Positions 12,640 through 27,300 are shown, counted from the first letter of the stretch. The stretch: 64,000 nt of DNA from Eledone cirrhosa (GCA_964016885.1 OZ024742.1:364498001-364562000); one strand, 5' to 3'. Notes: generated by a model not told the origin, from the letters alone. Program-made: numbers and translations.

Positions 12640-13261
12640 TTTTTTTTTCTAAGGCAGGTAAAATTCCCGAGATCCATGGACGAGTTCTCTCCAGCGGTCT
12701 CTGTCCCTCATTATCGCTGCCATGTCCTGCGTCTCCAACAGAACAGTGTCTGTCCTTAGGGCATCAACTTGCGTTAACCTTGGTCTTCCTCTTCTAGTGT
12801 GTCAATGTAGGAGCTCCCAAAGGAGCACTGAGTGCAATGTCAACTCTGGATGTCGGCAAGCATGTCCAGCTAACCTCAGTCTCCTCTGTGTCACTTTTGA
12901 GCTGACTTTTGGGATGCTCCCATACAGCTCTGAGTTTTTCATCCTCAGTGTATACTGATTAATGTTCAGAGCCATCCTCAGCATTCTCGTGTAGCACCCA
13001 TCCACCATCTGAGTGAGTTTCTTGGTAAGTGTCCAAGTCTCAGACCCATACAGCAGCACAGACTCCACTACAGCAATGAAGAGGCGGATTTTCAGGTCTC
13101 TACGAAGGTCCGACTTCCACACCGATCTCAAGCAGTGGCGCGCCGCCCAGGCCTTGCTCTTCCTCTCAACCACATCATCTTCCGTATTCCCAATCTTTGC
13201 TCCCAAATACAGGAAGCCCTCAACCAATTCTAGCGGCTTCCCGCCTACATTAGTGATCCCC
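12640..13261 (-). mobile_element. 5'-truncated RTE-clade LINE 3' end with A tail
   Basis: FLYLG...SVLLYGSETWTL...RLRLAGH..R...GRPRLT...DRDRWR, typical RTE C-terminus; disrupted near 12802. Confidence 0.9.
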
Positions 13262-13342
13262 TATGGCTTCTCAACATTCTCTACCAGATATTTTGTTTTA
13301 GTCTCATTAATTCTCAAAAATATTCGTGAGTGTGTATGTATG

Positions 13343-13400
<58 letters not shown>

Positions 13401-13446
13401 AAAAATATTCGTGAGTGTGTATGTATGTATATATATATATATATTT

Positions 13447-15932
13447 ATTAAAATAACAGATTAAAGTTTAAGCAAAGAATCTCTGCTTTCAGCCTTAACG
13501 GGATCTTCTGAAACTAACAAAGTCAATCTGTAAACGCAGAAGTGGATATTTCAAAAAACGTTGCAACCGGAGGAAGACAGGAAGACGATACTTTGGTTCG
13601 TGGAAACGTTCGCTATGCAAATAAGTAATGGAATAAACAAAACATATACTTAGCTCCCACATCAAGACGTAAAATATCCACGTATAGATCGTACTATCCG
13701 TTAGGGTATAACGTGGGGCTGTAATACAGGAATGTTTTGTGCAATTTATGTTTACAAGCCGAAATTGCCTCAGATTTTTTTGTTTAAGATGTGGTCTGTG
13801 GCGTAGAGTATTCCAGGGCCTCAGCGGCGCAGAGGTCACATGGTCTTTTATTTTCGTTATACGATCTAGCCCTAGCTAGGATCTCCCAGTGTAACTTATA
13901 TTGGGTGTGGTTGTCTTTTAGACTCCAGATATAAGCTGAAAGTGACGTCATATTCCTTCTTAGAGGGTAACGAAAAGAATGGGTATGCATGTAAAGACGC
14001 TGCTTGAATCTATTGGCAGTTAACCCTACGTAGGCCCTACGGGACGTGGATGTTACAACCTCACATTTGTAGACAATGTTACTAGAGAGGCATTTCCCGG
14101 ATAGGGGGCAATCAACCCGATTCCTACAATTACAGTTAGTACTAACTACAGGGTTGCATGTGTTCCTACGGCTAGGTAGTTTAGCTAAATTTGAAGCTGA
14201 GATGTTATGTGCAAAGTTAGGAGTCGTAGAGTAAGAAATGTTAATAGTATTTCTATTAAAAATGTTACTATATTTATATGTAGGGGGAAAATGCTTCGTA
14301 ATAAGAGAAAGAAAGATCTTAGCTAATGGTGTGGCCACCTCCATATTATATGGTGGGTTATACCAACAAATGCTACGGGATCTATTTCTTCTAGGTCTAT
14401 TTTCGTACTCCGTATATGCTACCTTATCGACAAATCCACTTCGAGCAAGAGCTTCATTGTAATAAGTGGAATGGTTGTTGAAAATACGCTCGTTGGTGGA
14501 AAGACGGGAAAGCCTCAACGAAACGTTTCTTACCAGGTTCTTGGTTATTCTGGCAGGATGGTTGGAATGCTTACTTATGTAATTAAGCGTATCATTCGGC
14601 TTTCTATACGGGTAATACAACCCATTCGATAAATTGAGGGTAACGTCGAGGTAATTAACGACCGAAAGATTGGCCTCAACCTGTATAGAGAGGTTGAAGC
14701 CTTTAAAGAAGGCTGTGAGTTCTTTTCTGAACCTGTCGCAAGCACGAGGTCCGCACTTAGTCATGGTCAAAAGACCATCGTCACGGTACAAACCACCGCC
14801 CGCGTTGGGGAATTCGTCCTTGATAGAGAAAAGAAGGAAAAGGCCGATAAGATCAGTAACCTCCGCAGAATCACTGGCACCCTTACTCACGTCGAATGGG
14901 GTACTATTGGATTTTTTTATCCAAATAGAGTAGTCGAAATTAATCACCGACTTTTGAGCATTGAGGATGACATCAACTTCGAAATCCTTAACCACTCTGA
15001 GTGTTTTAGCGAAATTGATAGCTCTAAGGAGAAGTGGTAAAGTGATGGAGGAGTAGTAATTGTTGATGTCGAATTGGATAAAACGGCAATGTTCCTTGTT
15101 ACATATGCCGTTGAACCAATCAATCACCGCGAAAGAATTGTTCCACAGTGCAAGAGGGGCCAAACCTCTAATTTCAGGTATAATTCTATCAAGAATCCTT
15201 TTATTAAGTCTACCTAAATCGGACTTCGTAGGGTTAATAAGGCGAATAGAGGGGTTGTTCGGAAAATTGGATTTGTGATCCTTCAGGGTAAAGTGGGGAG
15301 AAAAAGGGTCCAGAGGTTCGGTCCAGGATGTTGAGATCAGAGGTGATTTTAAACCCAGCATCGTTGATTTCATTGATGACGCACCGATTCGTTTTATGGT
15401 AATCCTTAGTTGCAGCATTATGTAGTAGTTGATGGTAAGTACTGCGCTCCACTTGATATAGGTTGCCAGTTTTGTCGGAGTGGACGTGCATGGCATTAGA
15501 ATTCTTAATAGAACGAATTCTATTCTTCAGGTCCTGCTGGAAGGAATTGTTCCTATTCCGAAATTTGATACTCCGTATGAGTTCCAAGACATCATTTCCG
15601 AAGGGTAGCAATGCTGGGTTACACGGAGGGTTATTATAGGTTTTAAACCCAAATTTATCTTGTTCGTTGTCTGCTTTTCGCCGATTATCGAAATAAAAGG
15701 CACGCCAACGCAACCGTTTAATGAACGCGTATGTTTTCTGTATGAGGAGTTTTAGGTATGTTTTCCTGCTTGGTACGGGTATGTTCTTTGTAGAAATATT
15801 CAGATGTTGTTTCTGCATGATGAATATAAGTCAATAGAGTGCTCTACGGTTGTTATATATTTGATATTTATTTGACATATATTTATCCTTATCGAGCCCT
15901 CTTTGGATTTTAGTCTTCAAATTTATTATTAT

Positions 15933-15936
<4 letters not shown>
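13447..15936 (-). mobile_element. Near full-length Penelope-like element (RT plus C-terminal GIY-YIG; resembles the Hydra clade) in (TA)n
   Basis: Complete ORF plus UTRs bounded by (TA)n; termini confirmed by the mini-copy at 42287-42448. Confidence 0.9.
13694..15818 (-). pseudogene. PLE reverse transcriptase/GIY-YIG endonuclease, frameshifted (~15320, ~13812, ~13775)
   Basis: STKNIPVP..KRLRWRA N-terminus; FDINNYYSSI; LYRDDGL; CNCRNRVDCPL..C linker; IVYKC..YVGLT..FKQR; reconstructed end ILNKKSEAISACKHKL. Confidence 0.92.
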
Positions 15937-15979
<43 letters not shown>

Positions 15980-16224
15980 AAAATATTCGTGAGTGTGTAT
16001 GTATGTATGTATGTATGTATATATATATATGATTGAGATAGGCATGTATATAGATACATGCATATATATGTATATATATACCCACACACACACCCATAAA
16101 TATGTGTGTGTGGTACAATAACGTTTTTCGTTCTCTATATCGACTTTCCTAAATCTCTTTTGAAAATAGATATCACTTTCTTCTTCATTTCTTCCAAACA
16201 GTATATCAGCCTCGTTTTTCAAAC

Positions 16225-16378
16225 GTGCACAGTAACACATGCACAGTAACAGATGCACAGAAACACACATGCACTGTAACACATATGCACAAAAACACAC
16301 ATGCACTGTAACACACATGCACAAAAACACACATGCACAATAACACACATGCAAAAAAGCACACATGCACACACGCAG
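16225..16378. repeat. Short-period tandem repeat (~15-17 bp; AACACACATGCAC core)
   Basis: Seen directly. Confidence 0.75.
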
Positions 16379-16896
16379 AAACAATTATTCACATACTTCT
16401 GTATAAGCAAATGCATCTAGACTCTAATGCATGCATCCGCCATCACACTTACACACCTTTATAAGGCATCAGACACTGTAGCAGAGCAGAAAGCCATTTG
16501 CACTCCAATCTCCACCTTCCTCATATATCTTCCTGTCTTACTTTGTTCAACTTTATCTACCACACTACTTATATACGCCTTGCTGTAACACACTTAACTA
16601 TTCTTCAAACACAAACGGTTTCAATTCCAGGTTGATAGCTGAATGGTCTAATTGTCAATTGCTCTATTGTAAGATTCCACAGAAACCTGCTTCTCGCTGA
16701 TCTAACTAGTCATGTGACATCACACATCAATTAGTACGACATTTAATGTCGATATGTGGAATTTGTTCTGCATTAGACTGATATGTAGATGTGCTGACAT
16801 ACATAACACTACTTCGTACTAGATGTTTTAGTATAAGAATATGCTTGTGGATGTACAGTAGTGCCATCTCACCCACTGTCTCTCTCTCTCTCTCTC

Positions 16897-16969
<73 letters not shown>

Positions 16970-17334
16970 TTCCACATCTATATGTTAGGATATCGAGAAG
17001 TAGGCTATGTCTGTTCTTTATTGTTCTTGATTTATCTGGTGTTTATGCCTGTAGATGTAGCAACATACAGACACGCCGCACGCAATGGACATCCACACAC
17101 ATACATACATGCAAACATATCCACATAGATACATATCCACATACGTACATATATACATACCTATGTACCCACATATATATATATACACACAATCATACAT
17201 ACACACACACATAAATACATACATATATAAATATATGTACATCATCTCACGTGATAGTACTTATGCTAACACGAGCACTTAGGTTTTATGACCAAACCAG
17301 ACGCAATTTAATGGTTTCTAATGCCATCACAAGG

Positions 17335-17475
17335 GTAGTAGGATACTGGTACTTTATTTTATCGACCATTGCTGGGTGAAAACCAAAATTTACCTCGGTG
17401 GGGTTCGAGTCGGGAAGATAGTTTTCTGTAACGAACAATAACGAATTTCATCTGATACTGTCACGATTCTGACAA
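17335..17475 (-). mobile_element. Old tRNA-derived SINE fragment
   Basis: CTGGTACTTTATTTTATCGACC...ACCTCGGTGGG matches the 10858 family. Confidence 0.55.
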
Positions 17476-19179
17476 TATCATGGTTGATGTTTTTTCCAGA
17501 AATTCATGAAACTAATGTGTAAAGATTCATTGTTAATAGGAAGATGCTTCTCCGTGTGATTCTTTGGTCCTACGTCTGTGCTGATGACGAGATTTCAATT
17601 TGACTGATCAATGGAACAGCCTATCATTAAATTAAGGTTCATTGCCAGTGCATCCCACAAACACAAGTAAATATAATAGAAGATTCAGGAGGATTCCTTT
17701 TACCATAGAGTATAACAAAATCTTTTCATTGATTTACTTTCCAACTAATTTTCTCCAACTTAATACAATGGAGTAACGTGAAATAGTGTTATCTTCCGAA
17801 CACCCTAACTATTAAACTACATGACCTCAACGGACGAGAAGTGAATTGATGAAGCTACTAAACAAAACATTTACATTAATAACCAGCGTCTGTATTGGAT
17901 TCACTTTGAATATTTGCAAGAACGCTACATGTATGCATGATTTGATCTGCTTAATACCGGAGTTCGCTTGAGAAGAGAATTAACACGTTTTTCCCCAAAT
18001 GAGGGGGGAATTTTCTCAACAATTACTAACATCATTTCCCCGGTTTGTTTTGTATATTTTTCTTTTTCTATTTTTCAACGATTCTTTAAAAAAAATATTG
18101 AATCATTAAATCTTAGAAGTACAATATTCCATGTTGATTTTGAAAAGAAATTTTTAAGAACGAAATCAAACGAACCAAATGTAACTACGAGCATTAAATC
18201 TAATAAAAATTAAAAAACCTAAGAATACCTTATTAACAAAATCTATACAAAATAACAGCAGTAAAGATCAACAGCAACAGAAGCAAATATAGTGAAAGAA
18301 CGCCAAACAAAACCGCAAGGGATTCACTGAATGTTGTGGATTATAGTTTTTAAAGCACAATAAAATATCTGTTACACAAAATACCTTCTACTAATAACAT
18401 CAATTTTTTGATTCGTTAAAGACATTTTAAATAGTAACCCTTGGCCTATTTTCTTTTCTTCTTGCCACTTTAATGATTTTTTTTCTTACTTTCCCTCAAT
18501 AATCACAACTATTTTATCTCATTCACATTTTTCTTGCCTTTTATACTCTTTTCACTTCCAACTCACGAAGTCTTGAATTGAAATGAATACTACGTGTTAC
18601 AATACGTCATCCCTTCTTATTCACTAACATAACAACATCCGTTTCTATCGCACATCATTTAGTATTATTATTACCATTATCATCATCATCAACACCATCA
18701 TTAATATTATCAGTTGTGTTGTTGTTGCAACGTGATTGCAGTTGCCACAGTTGATTTTTCTGTATATATTTTTTGTCATCGATGCTGCCTTTGGGACAAA
18801 CAAAGCAATGTTTTAAATATATTATTTATATTTTTATTAATTATATTATCATTATCATTTATATTATCACGGCATTTTTTCCTTGGTTGCACATCAACAT
18901 TAAGTTGGTTATTTATTTATAATATATTTGTTTGCCTATATTAGAAACTTTATAGTGATTTTCTAACCTATACGGTTTGTTTTATCATCAATTTTTATTT
19001 GTTGTTCCTGCGTTCAATTGCTGTTGAGACGATAGTTTTTCATTATATCAAGGCAATCATATGAAGTTTGTAAATTTTAGGTTAAATGAAATTCATATAA
19101 GGAGTTATAGGTAGGAAGTGATATGTGAACACTTGATAATTATATTGAAAATGTATTTCATAGAGTTTGTAACGATTAG

Positions 19180-19490
19180 TGATTAGGGAATTCATCTCTC
19201 AATTTTAAGCCATATGTTTGATTCCCGGTGGAGCACAGCCCCCTTAAACCACACAATTCGAGCCAGTAAAAATGTGTTGTATACTTAATTTATAGGGTCA
19301 TCCCTGTCACAAACGGAGTCGATCTCCGTGAGAACTATGTTGATGGTACGACTATTCTTGGAATGCTCTACTACTCACATTAAAGATACACGTGTCTGTG
19401 GAATTACTCAGCTATTTGCATCTTAATTTCATAAATACTCTCCCATGGTTCATACAACTGAATATCCGTTAACGGAACCAGGAGAGAACC
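19180..19490 (+). mobile_element. Degenerate SINE (second family)
   Basis: TTTGATTCCCGG box B-like; CACGTGTCTGTGGAATTACTCAGC shared with ~9325, ~20045 and ~20330. Confidence 0.45.
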
Positions 19491-19859
19491 AATAATATGC
19501 TGCATGGTTGGGGCCTATTGTAGAGGAAGTGATACTCAGTTGACATTCCTCTAACATCTTCAGGGTTTTGTTTACTTTTACTAGCTCTGGAAATGTTTAC
19601 ATGCCCCACACAAGTGTCTCACGATCAGCGAGAAGAAAGGAGCCAGTGTTACTCTTTAGCTGCTGGAACGATGAACCTTAGAATGCCGTTATTGTGGGCA
19701 ACAAGGAGTAGGCAGAGAACTTATTGCCTGGCCTGGAGTGTTGGGTGAGAGGAGTTGTCAAAGGTGACTCGGCTGAAGTGGCAGGAGATGAGCCAAGTTC
19801 AGGGAGGGGAAGATATTATATCACTAGAAATGGGAATGAGTCCAGAGTTCGAGCGGATC

Positions 19860-20160
19860 TTTAAGTGAACTTATGTAAATTAGTTGAGTCTGATTCCCAT
19901 CATTGTGTCCTTAAGCAAGACTCTTTATTTTAGGTTACTCCAGTTCACACAGTTGACACAAATAAGTCGTATCTGTATATCAAAGATAAGCTATGTAGTA
20001 AACTGAATAACGCTGGATCACCCTGGAAATTACGTTAGTTATGCACATATCTGTAGAATGGTTCCATTCCCATTCGTTATTATGCGTGAGGAACCTGTTC
20101 AGTTAATAGAAACAAACGCAACATTCATCGTCTCAAACGACGGAGGTCCACCTAATTACA
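19860..20160 (+). mobile_element. Degenerate SINE (second family)
   Basis: TTGTGTCCTTAAGCAAGACTCTTTATT core motif; similar to 20280-20420. Confidence 0.55.
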
Positions 20161-21334
20161 TGTCAACCGCAGTATTATATATATTTCATATCTCTACTAA
20201 AGAGAAATACCTCACAACTTCTTTATTTTGAGCAGAAATCTAAAAATATTAGACATAATAAAGGAAGGATAAGCCTTATCACCAAGTTTGTAACGTTGAA
20301 TCTCCCTGAGAATTACGTTGTGTTTATGGATCTGTGGAAGGAATAGCCTCTTCTACGCGAGCATTGCTGTTCCATTGATCAAATAATTGAAACAGTCATC
20401 ATCGGAATCGACGGAGGTTTAATACCACTGTGTATGTTATATATTTTGACAACTGCATTATAGAGAAATAAATCCTATATTTATGTTTATGCTCTTGAAG
20501 CAGAAGCCAGTAAAAATTAGATATAATAAAAGTAGATGAAATATCTCTATCAAATAACAAAATCTAAGAAGTATTTTCTAGACTTTGTAATTAAATTTTA
20601 TTTACTTCGATCAGTTACTTAAAGCTAGCTTCCGTTGCACACGTGTTCTTGGCAGTATATCTATCCTGAAATCACTCTCCATCATGAACATTAGAGAAAA
20701 CGTATTTAAAGTAATTTCAGAGAGTTTCAATACATTTCTCAATGCTTTACTTTTGTTGTTTTCTGGCTGTTTTTTGCAATTCTTTTAGTTCATTCCATCG
20801 AACAATTCCATTTCATAGATTGTCTGTTTAGAAAATTGATTTATACTTCACAAGAAATAATATGTAATGTGAAAAAAAGGAAACGTTAGTAAGTTAATTA
20901 TTTAAATGCAATTGAGTAAAAGAAAAATAATAATAATAATAAAAAGCTTTCTCGAGTATATTATATCTCAATATTTTCTCCTTATGCAAACAGATATAGG
21001 ATTTCAGAGAAATAAATCCTGAATTATTATCCTACCAGGAGATATATATTTCTGATTGTGAACCGAGGAATACACCAGGCATTTGTGCTGCTGTTGTTCA
21101 TTCTGTTAATATTGTTTTACTTATCGTAAAGTAAGCTCCGCCAAGATCTGCCCTTAAAAACATCTCAACAGTGATCATTGTAATATTTCATAGACACTGA
21201 GGATGACTGGGCACAATACCTGACATATGTTTGATTAGAGGGAGATATATCTTCTATAACGAGTAGTGAGACTGACCATGTTGTGACGCATTTGCTGGCT
21301 TGCTGTCACACACGTGATCAACATAAAATTGGCC

Positions 21335-24300
21335 AATCCAGTTCAACTATATGTGTTTAATTCTGTTAGACCCTGTGTGTTTAATTCTGTTAGACTATGT
21401 GTTTAATCCGGTTAGACTATATGTGTTTAATTCTGTTAGACAATATGTGTTTAATTCTGTTAGACTCTGAGTGTTTAATTCTGTTAGATTCTATGTGTTT
21501 AATCCGGTTAGACTATATGTGTATAAATCTGTTAGACTCTGTGTGTTTAATTATGTTAGACTGAGTGTTTAATCCGGTTAGACACTATGTGTTTAATTCT
21601 GTTAGACCATATGTGTTTAATTCTGTTAGAATATAAGTGTTTAATTTTGTTATACTGTGTGTTTCATTCTGTTAGATTATAAGTGTTTAATTATGTTAGA
21701 CGCTATGTGTTTAATCCGGTTAGACTATCTGTGTTTAATCCGGTTAGACTGTGTGTTTAATTCTGTTGGACTCTCTGTGTTTCATTCTGTTAGACTCTGT
21801 GTTTAATTCTGTTAGACTCTGTGTGTTTAATTCTGTTAGACTCTGTGTGTTTAATTTTGTAAGACTCTCTGTGTTTAATTCTGTTAGACTCTGTGTGTTT
21901 AATTTTGTAAGACTCTCTGTGTTTAATTCCGTTAGACTCTGTGTGTTTAATTTTGTAAGACTCTGTGTGTTTAATTCCGTTAGACTCTGTGTGTTTAATT
22001 TTGTAAGACTCTCTGTGTTTAATTCTGTTAGACTCTGTGTGTTTAATTCTGTAAGACACTGTGTGTTTAATTTTGTAAGACTCTGTGTGTTTAATTCTGT
22101 TAGACTCTGTGTGTTTAATTTTGTAAGACACTCTGTGTTTAATTCCGTTAGACTCTGTGTGTTTAATTTTGTAAGACTCTGTGTGTTTAATTCTGTTAGA
22201 CTCTGTGTGTTTAATTTTGTAAGACTCTCTGTGTTTAATTCCGTTAGACTCTGTGTGTTTAATTTTGTAAGACTCTGTGTGTTTAATTCTGTAAGACACT
22301 GTGTGTTTAATTTTGTAAGACTCTCTATGTTTAATTCTGTTAGACTCTGTGTGTTTAATTTTGTAAGACTCTCTGTGTTTAATTCCGTTAGACTCTGTGT
22401 GTTTAATTTTGTAAGACTCTGTGTGTTTAATTCTGTTAGAATCTTTGTGTTTAATTTTGTAAGACTCTGTGTGTTTAATTCTGTTAGACTCTGTGTGTTT
22501 AATTCTGTAAGACACTGTGTGTTTAATTTAGTAAGACTCTGTGTGTTTAATTCTGTTGGACTCTGTGTGTTTCATTTTGTAAGACTCTGTGTGTTTAATT
22601 CTGTTAGACTCTGTGTGTTTAATTCTGTAAGACACTGTGTGTTTAATTTTGTAAGACTCTGTGTGTTTAATTCTGTAAGACTCTGTGTGTTTCATTTTGT
22701 AAGACTCTGTGTGTTTAATTCTGTTAGACTGTGTGTGTTTAATTTTGTAAGACTCTGTGTGTTTAATTTTGTAAGACTCTCTGTGTTTAATTTTGTAAAC
22801 TCTCTGTGTTTAATTCTGTTAGACTCTGTGTGTTTAATTTTGTAAGACTCTCTGTGTTTAATTCTGTTAGACTCTGTGTGTTTAATTTTGTAAGACTCTG
22901 TGTGTTTAATTCTGTTCGAATCTGTGTGTTTAATTTTGTAAGATAATCTGTGTTTAATTCTGTTAGACTCTGTGTGTTTAATTCTGTAAGACACTGTGTG
23001 TTTAATTTTGTAAGACTCTGTGTGTTTAATTCTGTAAGACTCTGTGTGTTTCATTTTGTTAGATTCTCTGTGTTTAATTCTGTTAGACTGTGTGTGTTTA
23101 ATTTTGTAAGACTCTGTGTGTTTAATTCTGTTAGACTCTCTGTATTTAATTCTGTTAGACTGTGTGTTTAATTCTGTTAGACTCTCTGTATTTAATTCTG
23201 TTAGACTGTGTGTTTAATTCTGTTAGACTGTGTGTATAATTCTGTAAGACTCTGTGTGTATATTTTTGTAAGACTCTGTGTGTTTAATTCTATTAGACTC
23301 TGTGTGTTTAATTCTGTAAGACTCTGTGTGTTTAATTCTGTTAGACTCTGTGTGTTTAATTCTGATAGACTCTCTGTGTTTAATTCTGTTAGACTGTGTG
23401 TTTAATTCTGTAAGACTCTGTGTGTTTAATTTTGTAAGACTCTGTCTGTTTAATTCTATTAGACTCTGTGTGTTTAATTTTGTAAGACTCTCTGTGTTTA
23501 ATTATGTTAGACTCTGTGTGTTTAATTTTGTAAGACTCTCTGTGTTTAATTCTGTTAGACTCTGTGTGTTTAATTTTGTAAGACTCTCTGTGTTTAATTC
23601 TGTTAGACACTGTGTGTATAATTCTGTAAGACACTGTGTCTTTAATTCTGTAAGACTCTGTGTGTTTAATTCTGTTAGACTCTATGTGTTTAATCCGGTT
23701 AGACTATATGTGTTTAATTATGTTAGACTCTGTGTGTTTAATTCTGTTAGACTGAGTGTTTAATCCGGTTAGACTCTATGTGTTTAATTCTGTTAGCATA
23801 TAAGTGTTTAATTTTGTTAGACTGTGTGTTTAATTATGTTAGACTACAAGTGTTTAATTATGTTAGACTCTATGTGTTTAATCCGGTTAGCCTATTTGTG
23901 TTTAATCCGGTTAGACTGTGTGTTTAATTCTGTTAGAATATGTGTGTTTAACTCTGTTAGACTCTGTGTGTTTAATTCTGTTAGACTCTGTGTGTTTAAT
24001 TTTGTAAGACTCTCTGTGTTTAATTCTGTAAGACTCTGTGTGTTTAATGCTGTTAGACTGTGTGTTTAATTTTGTTAGACTCTGTGTGTTTAATTCTGTT
24101 AGAATCTGTGTGTTTAATTTTGTAAGACTATCTGTGTTTAATTCTGTTAGACTCTGTGTGTTTAATTCTGTAAGACACTGTGTGTTTAATTTTGTAAGAC
24201 TCTGTGTGTTTAATTCTGTAAGACTCTGTGTGTTTCATTTTGTAAGACTCTGTGTGTTTAATTCTATTAGACTCTGTGTGTTTAATTCTGTAAGACTCTG

Positions 24301-27300
24301 TGTGTTTAATTCTGTAAGACTCTGTGTGTTTAATTCTGTTAGACTCTGTGTGTTTAATTTTGTAAGACACTGTGTGTTTAATTCTGTATGACTCTGTGTG
24401 TTTAATTCTGTTAGACTCTGTGTGTTTAATTCTGTAAGACTCTGTGTATTTAATTTTGTAAGACTCTCTGTGTTTAATTCTGTTAGACTCTGTGTGTTTA
24501 ATTCTGTTGGACTCTGTGTGTTTGATTCTGTTAGACTCTGTGTGTTTAATTTTGTAAGACACTCTGTGTTTAATTCTGTAAGACTCTCTGTGTTTAATTT
24601 TGTAAGACTGTGTGTTTAATTCTGTTGGACTCTGTGTGTTTAATTCTGTTAAACTCTGTGTGTTTAATTCTGTTAGACTCTGTGTGTTTAATTCTGTTAG
24701 ACTCTCTGTGTTTAATTCTGTTAGACTGTGTGTTTAATTCTGTTAGACTCTGTGTGTTTAATTTTGTAAGACTCTGTGTGTTTAATTCTGTTAGACTGTG
24801 TGTGTTTAATTTTGTAAGACTCTGTGTGTTTAATACTGTTAGACTCTCTGTATTTAATTCTGTTATACTCTGTGTGTTTAATTCTGTTAGACTGTGTGTT
24901 TAATTCTGTTAGACTCTGTATGTATAATTTTGTAAGACTCTGTGTGTTTAATTCTATTAGACTCTGTGTGTTTAATTCTGTAAGACTCTGTGTGTTTAAT
25001 TCTGTTAGACTCTGTGTGTTTAATTCTGATAGACTCTGTGTGTTTAATTCTGTTAGACTCTCTGTGTTTAATTCTGTTAGACTGTGTGTTTAATTCTGTA
25101 AGACACTGTGTGTTTAATTTTGTAAGACTCTGTGTGTTTAATTCTGTTAGACTCTGTGTGTTTAATTTTGTAAGACACTCTGTGTTTAATTCCGTTAGAC
25201 TCTGTGTGTTTAATTTTGTAAGACTCTGTGTGTTTAATTCTGTTAGACTCTGTGTGTTTAATTTTGTAAGACTCTCTGTGTTTAATTCCGTTAGACTCTG
25301 TGTGTTTAATTTTGTAAGACTCTGTGTGTTTAATTCTGTAAGACACTGTGTGTTTAATTTTGTAAGACTCTCTATGTTTAATTCTGTTAGACTCTGTGTG
25401 TTTAATTTTGTAAGACTCTCTGTGTTTAATTCCGTTAGACTCTGTGTGTTTAATTCTGTAAGACACTGTGTGTTTAATTTTGTAAGACTCTGTGTGTTTA
25501 ATTCTGTTGGACTCTGTGTGTTTCATTTTGTAAGACTCTGTGTGTTTAATTCTGTTAGACTCTGTGTGTTTAATTCTGTAAGACACTGTGTGTTTAATTT
25601 TGTAAGACTCTGTGTGTTTAATTCTGTAAGACTCTGTGTGTTTCATTTTGTAAGACTCTGTGTGTTTAATTCTGTTAGACTGTGTGTGTTTAATTTTGTA
25701 AGACTCTGTGTGTTTAATTTTGTAAGACTCTCTGTGTTTAATTTTGTAAACTCTCTGTGTTTAATTCTGTTAGACTCTGTGTGTTTAATTTTGTAAGACT
25801 CTCTGTGTTTAATTCTGTTAGACTCTGTGTGATTAATTTTGTAAGACTCTGTGTGTTTAATTCTGTTCGAATCTGTGTGTTTAATTTTGTAAGACTATCT
25901 GTGTTTAATTCTGTTAGACTCTGTGTGTTTAATTCTGTAAGACACTGTGTGTTTAATTTTGTAAGACTCTGTGTGTTTAATTCTGTAAGACTCTGTGTGT
26001 TTCATTTTGTAAGACTCTGTGTGTTTAATTCTGTTAGACTGTGTGTGTTTAATTTTGTAAGACTCTGTGTGTTTAATTCTGTTAGACTCTCTGTATTTAA
26101 TTCTGTTAGACTGTGTGTTTAATTCTGTTAGACTCTCTGTATTTAATTCTGTTAGACTGTGTGTTTAATTCTGTTAGACTGTGTGTATAATTCTGTAAGA
26201 CTCTGTGTGTATATTTTTGTAAGACTCTGTGTGTTTAATTCTATTAGACTCTGTGTGTTTAATTCTGTAAGACTCTGTGTGTTTAATTCTGTTAGACTCT
26301 GTGTGTTTAATTCTGATAGACTCTCTGTGTTTAATTCTGTTAGACTGTGTGTTTAATTCTGTAAGACTCTGTGTGTTTAATTTTGTAAGACTCTGTCTGT
26401 TTAATTCTATTAGACTCTGTGTGTTTAATTTTGTAAGACTCTCTGTGTTTAATTATGTTAGACTCTGTGTGTTTAATTTTGTAAGACTCTCTGTGTTTAA
26501 TTCTGTTAGACTCTGTGTGTTTAATTTTGTAAGACTCTCTGTGTTTAATTCTGTTAGACTCTGTGTGTATAATTCTGTAAGACACTGTGTCTTTAATTCT
26601 GTAAGACTCTGTGTGTTTAATTCTGTTAGACTCTATGTGTTTAATCCGGTTAGACTATATGTGTTTAATTATGTTAGACTCTGTGTGTTTAATTCTGTTA
26701 GACTGAGTGTTAAATCCGGTTAGACTCTGTGTGTTTAATTCTGTTAGCATATAAGTGTTTAATTTTGTTAGACTGTGTGTTTAATTATGTTAGACTACAA
26801 GTGTTTAATTATGTTAGACTCTATGTGTTTAATCCGGTTAGCCTATTTGTGTTTAATCCGGTTAGACTGTGTGTTTAATTCTGTTAGAATATGTGTGTTT
26901 AACTCTGTTAGACTCTGTGTGTTTAATTCTGTTAGACTCTGTGTGTTTAATTTTGTAAGACTCTCTGTGTTTAATTCTGTAAGACTCTGTGTGTTTAATG
27001 CTGTTAGACTGTCTGTTTAATTTTGTTAGACTCTGTGTGTTTAATTCTGTTAGAATCTGTGTGTTTAATTCTGTAAGACACTGTGTGTTTAATTTTGTAA
27101 GACTCTGTGTGTTTAATTCTGTAAGACTCTGTGTGTTTCATTTTGTAAGACTCTGTGTGTTTAATTCTATTAGACTCTGTGTGTTTAATTCTGTAAGACT
27201 CTGTGTGTTTAATTCTGTAAGACTCTGTGTGTTTAATTCTGTTAGACTCTGTGTGTTTAATTTTGTAAGACTCTCTGTGTTTAATTCCGTTAGACTCTGT

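Noticed and set aside
13470-13515. HHR at the 3' end of the full-length PLE (minus, CAGAAGA...GAAA)
   Set aside because: Core is altered and stems I and III cannot be formed convincingly; kept only as a degenerate hint
17575-17620. CTGATGA motif
   Set aside because: No matching GAAA or stems; lies in a SINE remnant. Likewise 41671 and 42077
19560-19860. Possible CR1/L2-type LINE 3' remnant on the minus strand
   Set aside because: Only a vague peptide resemblance with stops; not supportable without a search
20590-21230. Possible host exons on the minus strand (acceptor-like site near 20825)
   Set aside because: Frames close within a few codons and no recognisable protein
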